A DNA stretch of 64,000 bases from Thecamonas trahens ATCC 50062 (lineage: Eukaryota > Protista > Apusomonadida). Positions 52,477 to 63,401 of the stretch are shown piece after piece (positions within the stretch are counted from its first letter, which is position 1; each line of letters opens with the position of its first letter). The translations under genes and the position numbers were made by a program. The notes beneath the pieces are model-generated. The model saw only the letters and a list, made by a program, of their open reading frames with translations, ran no database searches and had not been told where the DNA came from. Location of the stretch: NCBI RefSeq assembly GCF_000142905.1, contig NW_013657632.1, forward strand, positions 62,001 through 126,000, read 5' to 3'.

Positions 52477-55242
52477 TCAGCTGCGGTCGGGCGAAGTGGC
52501 TGTGGCGGCCGTTTCGAGTTCGTCGGCGTTGACGATCTGGATAAATGTGTCCTCGAGGGTGGTGCGCGAGAGAGACCAGTCGAGGATGCACAGCTCGTCC
52601 TGGACGGCGGCGACATCGCGGAAGATCGAGGCAAGCGGGACTCCTAGCCGCGGGACCGAAAACACCATGCGGCCGCCAAAAGCATGGACCAAGTTTGCCG
52701 CAGGCAGCAGATCACGCACAAAGGTCCGGAGCGCGGCAATGGCGTGGGCGTCGTTGGTCGTGACTAGCGTCAGCCGGTACCCAGAGCCAAACTCGTCCTT
52801 GAGCTCGCGAGGCGTGCCGCAGCAGATGAGCCGGCCACGTGACATGATGCCGATGGTGTCACAGAGACGCTCTGCCGTTTCCATCGAGTGCGTGGTGAGG
52901 ACGAGGGTTCGAGAGTTCTTGATCCGCGCGAGCACGTCCCAAAGCGCACGCCTCGAGCCAGCATCGAGGCCTGCCGTCGGCTCGTCCAGGAAAAGGATGC
53001 GCGGCGAGCCCAGAAGCGCCACTGCGAGCGTCAGCCGCCGCTGGACGCCAGCCGAGAGCGTAGCCGCCCTCGATGCGCGCATCTGCGGCGCGTTGAGCTG
53101 CACTTGGGCCAGTGCAGATGCCACATGGGTCTCCAGGAGGTGAGGAGGGATGCCCCGGAGCCGCGCAAAGAATCGCACGTGCTCGACCACAGTGAGCTCC
53201 GGCCAGAGGACGCAGGTCTGTGGACAGACTCCGATGAGCGGCGCGATAGCGTCCGGATTGTCGGTCACAGCATGCCCACCCACAAGCACCACTCCTGAGC
53301 TCGGCTTGAGAACTCCCATCAGCATCTTGATCAGGGTCGTTTTGCCGGCTCCGTTGGGCCCCAGCAGGCCAAAGACCCGGCCACTGATGTTGAGCGTGAG
53401 GTCCTCGACCGCGTGCTTGGCACGCCGGCCAGAGGTGTACGTCTTGCACAGCCGCTCAGCAACAATGACAGGCTCGCCGTTGAGATCCGGCTCCCACATT
53501 GGATCCGCTACCCACGCTGAACCGAGCTCGGGCTCGCCACCAGACGAGTGCGATCCATCAGCGGATCGCACCTCTCGCCCAAACCCGAGCGCCTGTCGTC
53601 GCGCAGAGTCCGCAAACGCCCGCAGGCCTGCAAGTCGCGCCTCGCGCGCGTGAGCCGCGTTCCGTTCCTCACGCACAAGGACAGAAGTAAGCGCAGCGTG
53701 GACTCGTCTTGGTGAGCTGGCCTCGTCGTCGCCCCACAGCTCGCCGTGACTTGGTCCACCGCTTGCACTCTTCCGCGAGCAGCAGAAGAGCCAGTGTTTG
53801 GCAATGCCGCCGCCGCGGAGCGGGAGAACCCGGTTGAGGTACAGGCCGCACGCCATGAGCGCAACCGCTTCCACAGCCAGCATGCCCAACGAGAGCACCA
53901 GCTTGGACTTGAGCCGGCTTGCCGAGGCCATCGCGCCGAGCGATGCCGCCGTCTGATAGCCCATGCCGTTCGAAACCAGCATGTACTGGTTCCACAAGAA
54001 AAGCGCTCGCATAAACGCAGCTGGCGGAAAGACGAGCAAGAGGTAGGCCGGCCAATCCGAGGTCAGAGCCTGGGTCTGGACAGCCTGCTCAAAGGCCGGA
54101 GCCAGAAAGACCGCCACGTACAGCACGGCGCCGGTCATGCGCGTCGACGAGAAGACCGCAGAGAGGACCAAGGCGAGGCCGACCAGTGTCACGCCCCACA
54201 GCAGCGAGATGCCCAACGTGCCGCCGAGACCGTAAGTAAAAAGCGGGTCACCCGACGCGATGCCGAGGCCGAGGCAAAGGAGCATGATCGGAACATACTC
54301 GGCAAAGCTGAACGCCACATACGCCGTCCAGTACGTTGTTGCTTGCAGACCGTACACTCGCATGTACTCGAGATACGACGAGGCACGCTCTTCCACAAGC
54401 ATGCACGCAAAGAGCGGGAGCATCCATGAGAGCGCTTGGCCGTACATGGCGTATGTGCCGGACCACAGAAGCCAGGACGGGACCGCCAGCGCGTCGTTGG
54501 TCGACGGTAGGGTCTGGTACGCGGGGTAGATGGCAAAGGTAGCGTTGAGTGCAGCTAGCAGAGGTTCCGCAAGCATGCCGAGCATCTTCATCCCACGCGC
54601 ACCGCCGTCGACAACCGCAAACAGATCCATCGACGGGCCAAACTGAAGCGTTGCCGCCACAGAGAGGGTGTCGGTTGCCCAGCTGACGTTGTGGAGCTCG
54701 AGGGCACCAAGCGGAAGCGAGTACGCAAAGTCAGCCGCATGTGCCTTGGAGACAAAGCCTGCAGACTGGGTGGCGGCGGCGGCGGCGCGCTCGGCACGAT
54801 ACATGGCGTCCAGGAGAGCATCGACGTCAGCCGGCGATGATCGGGGCTCCATGAATGGGATCTCGCCACCGCTCGAGCCGTTGGCAAAGACAAACGGACG
54901 GCGACTCAACGAGGCCCACTGTGGAAGTCGAGAGCTGTCGTCTCTGCCGGCTGCGCTTGTTCTTGACTCGTTCCTTGTGGGAAAGGGGCCGAGGTCATGA
55001 GCTGACGGTGTGGTGACCACCCAATCGTAGGTGAGCGACTCGGCGAGATAGTGCGGGACAGGCGGCGGCGGCGGTGACGAGAAAGCCGTGAGCGCCGCCA
55101 AGAGAGTAGGCAAGAGGAGCACAAGGCCCATGGTGTAGAGAGGGAGTAGGATGTGGCAGGCTGTGACTCCGCGAGCCCGCAGCCGCACAAGCGTCCACCG
55201 TGTGACCAGCGCCCGTAGCTGGTGCCGCCATACCCCGGCCAT
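52477..55242 (-). CDS. ABCA: ABC transporter subfamily A, half-size
   Basis: N-terminal QLRALVTRW plus TM1 and exocytoplasmic loop; LVEERAS...MRVYGL; GLLGPNGAGKTT, LSAGVQRRL, LDEPTAGLD, LTTHSMETAE, TTLEDTF. Confidence 0.92.
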   Translation of the reverse strand: MAGVWRHQLRALVTRWTLVRLRARGVTACHILLPLYTMGLVLLLPTLLAALTAFSSPPPPPVPHYLAESLTYDWVVTTPSAHDLGPFPTRNESRTSAAGRDDSSRLPQWASLSRRPFVFANGSSGGEIPFMEPRSSPADVDALLDAMYRAERAAAAATQSAGFVSKAHAADFAYSLPLGALELHNVSWATDTLSVAATLQFGPSMDLFAVVDGGARGMKMLGMLAEPLLAALNATFAIYPAYQTLPSTNDALAVPSWLLWSGTYAMYGQALSWMLPLFACMLVEERASSYLEYMRVYGLQATTYWTAYVAFSFAEYVPIMLLCLGLGIASGDPLFTYGLGGTLGISLLWGVTLVGLALVLSAVFSSTRMTGAVLYVAVFLAPAFEQAVQTQALTSDWPAYLLLVFPPAAFMRALFLWNQYMLVSNGMGYQTAASLGAMASASRLKSKLVLSLGMLAVEAVALMACGLYLNRVLPLRGGGIAKHWLFCCSRKSASGGPSHGELWGDDEASSPRRVHAALTSVLVREERNAAHAREARLAGLRAFADSARRQALGFGREVRSADGSHSSGGEPELGSAWVADPMWEPDLNGEPVIVAERLCKTYTSGRRAKHAVEDLTLNISGRVFGLLGPNGAGKTTLIKMLMGVLKPSSGVVLVGGHAVTDNPDAIAPLIGVCPQTCVLWPELTVVEHVRFFARLRGIPPHLLETHVASALAQVQLNAPQMRASRAATLSAGVQRRLTLAVALLGSPRILFLDEPTAGLDAGSRRALWDVLARIKNSRTLVLTTHSMETAERLCDTIGIMSRGRLICCGTPRELKDEFGSGYRLTLVTTNDAHAIAALRTFVRDLLPAANLVHAFGGRMVFSVPRLGVPLASIFRDVAAVQDELCILDWSLSRTTLEDTFIQIVNADELETAATATSPDRS

Positions 55243-55545
55243 CCTCGCCGGCCTTGGGTTGGCTCTGGTCCTTCTCCAGCCTTCCTGCTGTGGCTAATGG
55301 TGAGAGGAGCTCACGAGCCGGGTTCTGGAGACGAGAAGTGTTGCCGTGTTGGTCCTGCTGAGGAAGTCTAGCCCGCTCTGCTGACCCTTCCGCACGTGGT
55401 CGCTCTCGAATGACCCGCGGCTGATCATTGCCCGCTCGCGCGTGACTCGAGCGGTCCCGCAGCGTAGACGCCCTCTCCTTGCCTGTTTTGAAGATGTTGA
55501 AGGTGTTTGTTTGCTGTTGTGGGCGCATTGCGTTGGAGGACAAAG

Positions 55546-57591
55546 CTAGAAGAGCGCAAAGTCCTCACCGTCATCGACGTCGAGATCGGCCTCTTCTGAG
55601 TAGTCGTCGTCAGCAAGCTCGGGCGCGTTGCCGACAGAGATGAGCGGGACGCCGTTGAGGAGGTTCTCCAGCTGATGCTGGACCTTGCACTCGGAAGTGT
55701 TGAGGCGGTAGACCTCGTGCCAGCGGATCTTGCCAAACTTGTCGATGAGGAAGACGTGCGGAAGGTTGAGGACCGACTTTTGGATGAGGTCCTTGATGGC
55801 CCCGACCACGGCCTTGCCAGCGTCCCACGCCACCGTCATGCCGGCCTCCTTGAGCGGGGCGGCGACAGCGTCGTACTTAGGCTTGGTGAGGAAGCCGCGG
55901 GCATAGTCCTCTTGCGGGTCAGCCGAGATGGCTGTGATGTGGATCGAGTCCTCGTACTTGTGCTTGAGCCCGCGGACGGCGTAGTGGACCGGGTACCCAG
56001 CCTTGTCCCACTTGGCCCAAAAGTAGAGCACGTTGACCCGCCCCGGAATGATGGCCGGCTCGGTGCCGACCAGATACACCAGCGAGTCAAGCGGCGGAGC
56101 TCGCTCACCAAAGCTAGGGTCGTCATCGTAGACTGCATAGTCGATGCCCGACGTCGACGCCACCACCGGCATCGGTGGCTCGGCATGAGACGGCGAGACC
56201 GGCGCAACCTCAGGCGGACGCGGCGCCCGCGACGGCGTCGAGGCTCCACCGGCCCGGCTATCGTCGAACCGGTGCTCTTCGTCGTCGTCCTCCACAAAAA
56301 TCGGCCGTGACTTCTTCTTGCTCGATGGTCTCGACAGCGATGAGTCCGAGGTCTGGATCCGCAGCGGGCGCACACCGCCGGAGGACTTGCTGGGTGAAGC
56401 GGACGCAGAAATGGTCGCGCCAAGCTCAAGGTCGGCCATCAAGTCGGCTTCGTGGTCAGCCACCTCGGCGTCGCGGTCGGGGAGGGCAGTGGGAAGGACA
56501 AAATCGCCGATACCAATGACACCGCACGCCACACGGGCTCCGGCGTTGCCGGTGGTCTTTGAGTCGGCCGCTGAGCCCTTGCCGAGGTCGTCCGGATCGG
56601 CATGGACGACCACAGCCCGGCCCACCACCGAGCGCGGGCCCGAGAGCGAGATGTGCTTGTCGGCAAAGGTGCACGCCACCATGCCCGACGCAGACGCCAG
56701 AACGTTACCGAGATCGCCGGCGTGACGGACAGCATCAAGCGGACCACCGTGGGTGCAGCCCTCGGGGTTAAAGTGTCCGCCTGCAGACTTGCATCCTTGC
56801 GAGAGGTCGCCAAACGCGTGGACGTGGAAGCCGTGCAGACCAGCAGAAAGGCCCGAGATGACGACGTGGACCACAACCGCAGCATCGGGCGAGGCCTGCT
56901 CCATCATCACCTTGCCGCGCACGCCTTCGCCAACGAGCACCGCAGTGGCCGAGGTAATGGCGTGGGCGGCCGGCGCGGACGTCGCAGCAGCCGTCGTCGC
57001 AAACGAGCCCGCCGCGGTCGTGCCTGAGTCCCCAACCACAGTCCACTGCCCGATGCTGGCGCTCGGAGCGACAGCCGGGTGCGGCAGGCCAAACGGTGGC
57101 AGGCAACCGCTCGTACCCGTGCTCGCGCCCATCCACACCGGCATGCCGTACGACGAGCCAGGAGCAAGCGAGCCAAAGAACGGGCCAGGACGGGAGGCAG
57201 TCCACGACGCTGCTGCGTGCCTAGCACGACGCTCCTCGCGACCCGCCAGCGACTTGACCTTCTTCTTGGACGACGACGACGACGACGACGACTTCTTCTT
57301 GCTGGCCTTTTTGCCCTTACCCTTGCCCTTGGCCTTGATGGCGGTCTGGTCGTTGTTCGTCCGGGTCATGGCTTCGAACCATCCAGCAGGCAGAGCAATG
57401 CCTCCACCAGGCATCGACTGGTAGTAGCCTGCTTGAGCCATGGCTCCACCGGCCGGCACCATGCCTGCAGTGTACGTCGGGTAGCCGCCGGGGTTGGTCG
57501 CCGCACCCGACAACGTTGCGTTGCCAGCAGCCGTGTAGAGAGCCGCAGCGTACTGCTGCTGCGACGGCGAGTACGGGTTCCAAGCGTACAT
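55546..57591 (-). CDS. SOD1: Cu/Zn superoxide dismutase domain fused to a C-terminal thioredoxin-like (TlpA/redoxin fold) domain, with long N-terminal extension
   Basis: [51 protein letters not shown]; then GERAPPL...VLYFWAKWD...[15 protein letters not shown]. Confidence 0.85.
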   Translation of the reverse strand: MYAWNPYSPSQQQYAAALYTAAGNATLSGAATNPGGYPTYTAGMVPAGGAMAQAGYYQSMPGGGIALPAGWFEAMTRTNNDQTAIKAKGKGKGKKASKKKSSSSSSSSKKKVKSLAGREERRARHAAASWTASRPGPFFGSLAPGSSYGMPVWMGASTGTSGCLPPFGLPHPAVAPSASIGQWTVVGDSGTTAAGSFATTAAATSAPAAHAITSATAVLVGEGVRGKVMMEQASPDAAVVVHVVISGLSAGLHGFHVHAFGDLSQGCKSAGGHFNPEGCTHGGPLDAVRHAGDLGNVLASASGMVACTFADKHISLSGPRSVVGRAVVVHADPDDLGKGSAADSKTTGNAGARVACGVIGIGDFVLPTALPDRDAEVADHEADLMADLELGATISASASPSKSSGGVRPLRIQTSDSSLSRPSSKKKSRPIFVEDDDEEHRFDDSRAGGASTPSRAPRPPEVAPVSPSHAEPPMPVVASTSGIDYAVYDDDPSFGERAPPLDSLVYLVGTEPAIIPGRVNVLYFWAKWDKAGYPVHYAVRGLKHKYEDSIHITAISADPQEDYARGFLTKPKYDAVAAPLKEAGMTVAWDAGKAVVGAIKDLIQKSVLNLPHVFLIDKFGKIRWHEVYRLNTSECKVQHQLENLLNGVPLISVGNAPELADDDYSEEADLDVDDGEDFALF

Positions 57592-57865
57592 AACGGGTGT
57601 GACACGCAGAGTAGTAGTAGAAGAGGAGAAGGGAGGAGAACTGGAGGAGGAAGAGCCGTGTGTCCACCCGCTCCCTCCCCTTCTTCGCTGGTCTGTGTTC
57701 GGTTGTCGGCAAGCCGGCTGGCTACGACCTTTTCCTCCCGTCTCGCGATCAGCCGCGATCGATCACATTCTGATCAAGGCCTCCTCCTTTCCCTCCCCCC
57801 CCCCCCTCTGCTTCAGCATAAGAAGCGGCATACACACACACTCTTCTTCTTCCGCTTTGTGCTGC

Positions 57866-60721
57866 ATGACTTCACGACGGGGTGGAGGCTCGTCGTCGTT
57901 GGGGGGAAATGCAGCGTGGCGTAACATGCATCTGGGTGGAGGGACGGCACTTTCGCTGCATGGCTCGTTCCTGCCGGGTCCTCCGCTGGCGGCGACGACG
58001 GGCAGCGCAGGCGTGGCAGCCCACCCGTCAGGACTGGTGGCAGTGGCGGGCGGGCGAGTGCTCTCACTCAACCAGCCACTGCCGCTCCCACCGCTGAGTG
58101 CACCGGCGCCGCTGGAGGGCGTGCATGCGGTGGCAGCTGTCTCACTGCGGACGCCCGACCCCCTCGGTGGTCCGCTGGCTTGGTCGCACGCACTGCTCGC
58201 TGCGCCGCTTGCGGCTTCACCATCCATTGCCGTTGTTGGCATCGACGACGTGCTAGCAGCGGCGGCGACGGCACCGCTGTCATCGTCATCGGCAACCGCA
58301 CACACAGTCGGGATCCGCGACTCCACCTCGCTGCCCGGCGCCCAGCCACGGAGCGTGCTCGGCGGGACTGATGGGCGCGGAAGTGGTGCATCAACGTCGT
58401 CACGTCGGCGGAGCCGTCGTGGTGGTAACTCAAAGCAAGGAAATGATGGCAGCACACTCCCGGCGGTAGCGCCGCGCCTGTGGCTCGAGCCCAGCGGCGG
58501 CTCGGAGATGGGATTGTCGCCGTTTCGGGCTGTGGCGGCTGCACCCGCGCCGCAGGGCACTGATCCGCTCTTTGCCGCTCTTCACGGTGGCACTGTGCTT
58601 GTGTGGGCAGTGGGTGATGGACGTGGAGCACTTCAGGCTGGAATCACTGTTTCCAAAGCGCCAAACCTTTGCGTCGACTGGTCACCGCTCTCGCGCGATG
58701 TGCTGGCGGTTGCCGGCGTCTCAGGCTCGATCAAGCTGGTCGACTTGCGAGCGTCAGAGGGGCTGAGCTGGCGGGCGGCAACAGCGCATGGAGGAAAGTC
58801 GGTGACCTCGCTTGCATGGTCGCCTCTGGTGCCGTCGTGGCTGGCATCTGCTGGCGACGACGGTGCAGTTAGGGTGTGGGACGTTCGGCGGAGTACGCGA
58901 CCTGTCCTGGATCTTGCCGCAGCGTCGCTACCCGGCCCACCAACCTGCCTTGCGTGGTCACCCTCGCACGCAGATCATCTCGGGGTCGGCACGCTCGATG
59001 GCTCGGTTGCCGTCCTCTCGCTCGCGCGCCCGCCGCACTTTACGATTGCCGACGCATCGCTCGGGCCGCTCTCAGCCTTTCCAGTCTGCGCGCTTGCTGC
59101 AGCTTGTACACTTCCAGAGGCATACCATGCAGTCACACTCAGCGGAGAGCTCATCTCATTTGCGCTTGACGAGATGACCTTGGCGGCTCTGGCCGAGCCC
59201 GGTGCTGAGGTCGGGCTCGCCCGATATGCTGGATCGGGCAGCGCGAGCGACATTGCTACCGCGGTGTATGGGCGCAAGTTTGACGAGGGGTTCAGGGCCA
59301 TTGCTGACGGTGCTGCACGGTTGCAGGCACGACACAGGACAAGCGATGCTGGAGCGCTTCTGGACCTCTGTGTCCCACGCACGGCCCCCGGCGTGTTTGA
59401 CGAGGGCAATGAGGGCGCGCTGGACGACGACGAAGCTCGGGCCGCGTTTGGCTCTGACCTCGTCTCGTTTACCTTTAACGTTCCGCCGAACTTTCCGTCA
59501 CGAATGGCCTCGCTGCCGTCGCGTGGAACGCGCGAGGCACTTGCTCGGCTCAACCTCTCGCTGCGGCTGCACTCGTGGGTGGCGGCTGAAGACGTGGCTG
59601 CTCTCCTGGGCGCGTTGGACACGATTGTGAACGCGACGTCGGAGGCGCTGGCTGGCAAGACGGCGCTCCGCATTCCTGTAGCGACGCTGGTGGACATTGT
59701 AGACGTGCTGGCTGCAGCAGGCAAGCACGTGGCAAGTCTTGACTTTGGCCTTCGGCTGGCGGCCGAGTTTGAGACCCACGGACGATGGCCTGAGTTTGTG
59801 CCGCTTGCCGAGGCGCTGCTCACGCCAACGATCTACGACGCTGAGCTGGCGCCGCTGGGAGGGGCTGATGTAGCAGGCGAGGAGACGCCTGCTGCTGCAA
59901 GCTCGTCATCAACGACGACAAGCACGCTGCGGCTGCCGACGACGACACAGACTCTCCGCAAGCCGCGCAGTGTGGTTCCGGAGGCACAAGTGGCGGGTGC
60001 CGTGTCGCCGCGCAGTTTTCGCGCGGCCGACGACACCGAGGTGGCCAAGCACACCGTGGCACTGTCGGGAGCGCTCGAGTCTGCCAAGTTTGTGGTCTCA
60101 CAACTCAAGCTGGAGCGGTCGCTGCGTCTGGCGCTGGACACGCCCAACTGGGCAGACGCTGTGGTGGATCTTGTCGACTCGTCGGGCGTCCAAGCCCACA
60201 CTCTGCTCTCAATCCGAGTGCTGGAGGCGTACCTACAAGCACTGATGATCCGGCAGCAGTCAGGGATGGCGTTTGTGTTTGCGTCGAGAATTGCGCACAA
60301 GCTCGCGGACTTTGTGTCTGGCCTCGCGCTGTGGGCGTACGTGGACAACCACATTGTGCCGGGGCTGGAGCGGGCGGTTGAGCTTGCGGTTGAGCTTGCG
60401 GGCGAGAGCAAGGATCCGGACGCGGTGGTCGATGTTGTCATCGACGTCGTGTACATTGTGTATCAGCTGGAGGAGGCGACGGACAATGCGGCGAGAATTG
60501 CGGGATGGATCGACAAGCTCAGCGAGAGCTTGGAGAACGCGCTCGAGGCACTGTGTATGCAGTCGAGCGAGGCCGAGGAGGAGGCTGTGCTCATCGCGAA
60601 GGACCTCATCGAGGACGTGGCGAGCTTGGCCAAGAATCCACGCGGGACCCGGCCGCACGTGTTCAGCGCAGCGGTGAACGACCTCGTCAACATGCTTGAC
60701 ACGTTTCTGCCGCCGGAATAG
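57866..60721 (+). CDS. WD40-repeat protein with helical C-terminal region
   Basis: VDWSP, AHGGKSVTSLAWSP...LASAGDDGAVRVWD, CLAWSP. Confidence 0.8.
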   Translation: MTSRRGGGSSSLGGNAAWRNMHLGGGTALSLHGSFLPGPPLAATTGSAGVAAHPSGLVAVAGGRVLSLNQPLPLPPLSAPAPLEGVHAVAAVSLRTPDPLGGPLAWSHALLAAPLAASPSIAVVGIDDVLAAAATAPLSSSSATAHTVGIRDSTSLPGAQPRSVLGGTDGRGSGASTSSRRRSRRGGNSKQGNDGSTLPAVAPRLWLEPSGGSEMGLSPFRAVAAAPAPQGTDPLFAALHGGTVLVWAVGDGRGALQAGITVSKAPNLCVDWSPLSRDVLAVAGVSGSIKLVDLRASEGLSWRAATAHGGKSVTSLAWSPLVPSWLASAGDDGAVRVWDVRRSTRPVLDLAAASLPGPPTCLAWSPSHADHLGVGTLDGSVAVLSLARPPHFTIADASLGPLSAFPVCALAAACTLPEAYHAVTLSGELISFALDEMTLAALAEPGAEVGLARYAGSGSASDIATAVYGRKFDEGFRAIADGAARLQARHRTSDAGALLDLCVPRTAPGVFDEGNEGALDDDEARAAFGSDLVSFTFNVPPNFPSRMASLPSRGTREALARLNLSLRLHSWVAAEDVAALLGALDTIVNATSEALAGKTALRIPVATLVDIVDVLAAAGKHVASLDFGLRLAAEFETHGRWPEFVPLAEALLTPTIYDAELAPLGGADVAGEETPAAASSSSTTTSTLRLPTTTQTLRKPRSVVPEAQVAGAVSPRSFRAADDTEVAKHTVALSGALESAKFVVSQLKLERSLRLALDTPNWADAVVDLVDSSGVQAHTLLSIRVLEAYLQALMIRQQSGMAFVFASRIAHKLADFVSGLALWAYVDNHIVPGLERAVELAVELAGESKDPDAVVDVVIDVVYIVYQLEEATDNAARIAGWIDKLSESLENALEALCMQSSEAEEEAVLIAKDLIEDVASLAKNPRGTRPHVFSAAVNDLVNMLDTFLPPE

Positions 60722-60737
60722 TGAAACGAGGCATCCG

Positions 60738-62414
60738 TTACTTGTCGAGAAGCGATTCGTCGACGAGGTTGAGAGTGGTAAAGACAATGCCGAGCAGGCC
60801 GCACACGACGCCGACGGCGGCAGCGACCCATGTAAAGCCGCGCTGCAGCGACGAGGCCGACGAGCGGCGGGTGATGACCCAGTAGGCGACGGCCGGGATG
60901 ACGTAGACGATGGAGACGCCGTTGATGGAGCCGTTGTAGTCGACGACGACGCCGATGTTGGGCACAACAATGGCAATGCCAGCAAAGAGCAGCGTGGTCA
61001 CGACGGAAATAATAGAGAGAAGGCGGAACGAGTGCTTGGACTTTTCGACAAAGAGGTCGAGAACGTTTTCGCGGAGCGCGTGGTTAACCAGCGGGTAGGT
61101 GGAGAGGATGTTGACCGACATGGCGAGGCGGGCGGCGAGGACAAGCTTGGACTTTTGTGGGTACGACTCAAGAATGTCCGAGAGCGTGTTCGTGCCAAAG
61201 GTAAAGTAGCCGATGATGGCGACCGAACCATAGACCGTAAAGCAGAGGACAAGGGTGGCGATGACGCAGATCATCATGCGCCGCGGTGAGCGGTTGTTGA
61301 GCTCGCGATAAAATGCCGGCAGATTGAACTGGGCCGTGAACGAGATGACGGTGAGCGGAAAGGCGAGGAAGAAGCGTGGTGTGGCGTTGACAACCTCGAC
61401 GTCAGCCTTTGAGATCTCGCCCGAGTGCTGACTGAAGAACTGAAAGATGACGACAAAGACGACGTAGAGGATGGCTGCGACACCAAAGAACGATGTGTGG
61501 CGCAGGGCGTGCAGGTTCTTGAGCAGGGCGTAGGGGAGGAGAATGCAGCCCATGGCGGCAATGACCAGCCGGCGGTTGAGAAGGATCGAGTCCGGATGCA
61601 GCCAGTAGCCGAGCGCCGAGGTAACAAAGTCGCCGAGCAGGACGAGGTAGCCGATCGAGGCAAACGAGGTGTAGCCGATGATGAGCGCCTGGGTGACAAA
61701 GCCAGTCCGCTCACCGAGAACAGACTCGACCATGCCACGGAACGAGAACTTGGCGGTCTGCTGGACGCAGACAGTGAGGACCCAGAAGGACCAGATGGAC
61801 ATGAGGCAGGCAAAGGTGAGGATGCCCATGCCACCGCCCCAGCCTGCGCAGCGGAGCGCAAAGGGGAGCGTGAGAATACCCGAGCCCATGATAGTGTTGG
61901 TCAAGTTGATAATCGTCGAGAGCATGCTTGCGTGCGCAAGAATGGGCACGCCATCGTCGTCCATGTACTGCAGCGTCCCGTCCGAGTCGGAGAGCTTGAG
62001 ATGCGCACGAAGATGAGCCCCGATGGTCCCGTAGCCACCGGCATACACCGGGAGCGTTCCCCCTGCAGGACCAGCACCAGCAGGCGCCTCTCCAGGCAGC
62101 AGCGCGCCGCCCGAGTGCAGCCCTGTGCCCGAGTGCAGCGTACCCGGGGTGGATGCCTCCGAGTTGAGCGAGAGCGATGACGGCGGGGTCCTCAAGAGCG
62201 AGGGGCGCGACGGGGCGGCGTAGGGCGAAGGGACTGGAGCATAGGGTGCGGGAGCATATGGGTTGTTTGACGTCGCCGAGCCTGCCACTCCTCCCGTGTG
62301 CGCCAGCGGAGGCGAGTCCGACACAGCAGGCTCACCGCCAAAGGTCTTGCGCTTGATGGGCGAGGTGGGGTTGATTGACGGCGGGGTGTGCAGGGCACGC
62401 CGCGGGGAGGACAT
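60738..62414 (-). CDS. Amino-acid transporter (Aa_trans, SLC38/AVT family)
   Basis: NLTNTIMGSGILTLPFA, LHALRHTS, SFTAQFNLP, GYFTFG; about 11 TM helices. Confidence 0.92.
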   Translation of the reverse strand: MSSPRRALHTPPSINPTSPIKRKTFGGEPAVSDSPPLAHTGGVAGSATSNNPYAPAPYAPVPSPYAAPSRPSLLRTPPSSLSLNSEASTPGTLHSGTGLHSGGALLPGEAPAGAGPAGGTLPVYAGGYGTIGAHLRAHLKLSDSDGTLQYMDDDGVPILAHASMLSTIINLTNTIMGSGILTLPFALRCAGWGGGMGILTFACLMSIWSFWVLTVCVQQTAKFSFRGMVESVLGERTGFVTQALIIGYTSFASIGYLVLLGDFVTSALGYWLHPDSILLNRRLVIAAMGCILLPYALLKNLHALRHTSFFGVAAILYVVFVVIFQFFSQHSGEISKADVEVVNATPRFFLAFPLTVISFTAQFNLPAFYRELNNRSPRRMMICVIATLVLCFTVYGSVAIIGYFTFGTNTLSDILESYPQKSKLVLAARLAMSVNILSTYPLVNHALRENVLDLFVEKSKHSFRLLSIISVVTTLLFAGIAIVVPNIGVVVDYNGSINGVSIVYVIPAVAYWVITRRSSASSLQRGFTWVAAAVGVVCGLLGIVFTTLNLVDESLLDK

Positions 62415-62489
62415 GGCGAGAGGGGAGGGAGGGGTACAGGGCGATGGGTGGTGGTGGTAGTGGTGGTGGTGGTAGTAATGGGAGTGGGA

Positions 62490-62748
62490 GTGGTGTGTGT
62501 GTGTGTGTGTGTGTGAGGAAGGGGGGTGGAGGGGAGAGGCAGGCAGTGGGTGGGGGTAGGCGGGGAAGGGGAGTTGCTGGCGTGGCACGAGGCAACGGCA
62601 GCATGACTGGCACTTTGGGTGGGGCGGGAGGGGGGGGTGGGAGGAGGGGGGGGGAGATGGTGTCTGGTGATACGTAGGGATCGGAAACGGAGAGACAGGG
62701 TAGAATTCCTTGTATGATGGGGGTATGTGTGAGTATATGATGTGTATG

Positions 62749-62792
<44 letters not shown>

Positions 62793-62830
62793 TGTGTGTG
62801 ATGTGTGTGATATTTGATGTGTGTGTGAGT
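62490..62830. repeat. (GT)n microsatellites and poly-G tracts
   Basis: GT runs at about 62493-62515 and 62750-62827. Confidence 0.9.
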
Positions 62831-63401
62831 GTGGTCATGATCAGCATGTGTGTCCCTTGTGTCGGGGGGGAAGGGAGGGCGGGGAGGGAGGGTGGAGAGG
62901 AAAGCAGACATAGCTGGTGTCAGACGTGGTGGTGGTGGTGGTGATGGTGGTTGCACACTCGACTCTGGTGGGCAAGTGCGAGTCTGTCTGGGCTTGGGCT
63001 GTGCTCTGCTTGTCTGTGGTCTACCGTCTAAGTCTGTTGGCTCTGGTTGTCGTCACCTAGTCCGTGGTTGTCGCCGCCTGTGGCGCCTGTGGTCGTCGCC
63101 TCCTTTGGTCATTGTCGCCACCTTGCAATCATTGTCGCCGCCACCTGTGGTCGTTACTATCTTACTGTGACCGCGTTGCAGGCAGGATTGATCTGATCGT
63201 GTGGCTCACTTGCTGCGACGGCACTGTGATTGCACGCGTCGTCATCACGGAGAGCGTGTCGGTTGCCTGTGCCGAGTCGGAGCTATGTCGCGGGAGACGG
63301 GGTTCGCGCAGGAATCAGAGTCGTCGGCTCGGTTGACGTATCCAGCATCGGACGGCACTATTCGAGTCTCGTTCTCCGAGTATCTGCGTGCATGGGCGTC
63401 G

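Noticed and set aside
57360-57400. WW domain at [10 protein letters not shown] in the SOD gene N-terminus
   Set aside because: Only the first strand is present; the aromatic pair and second Trp are missing
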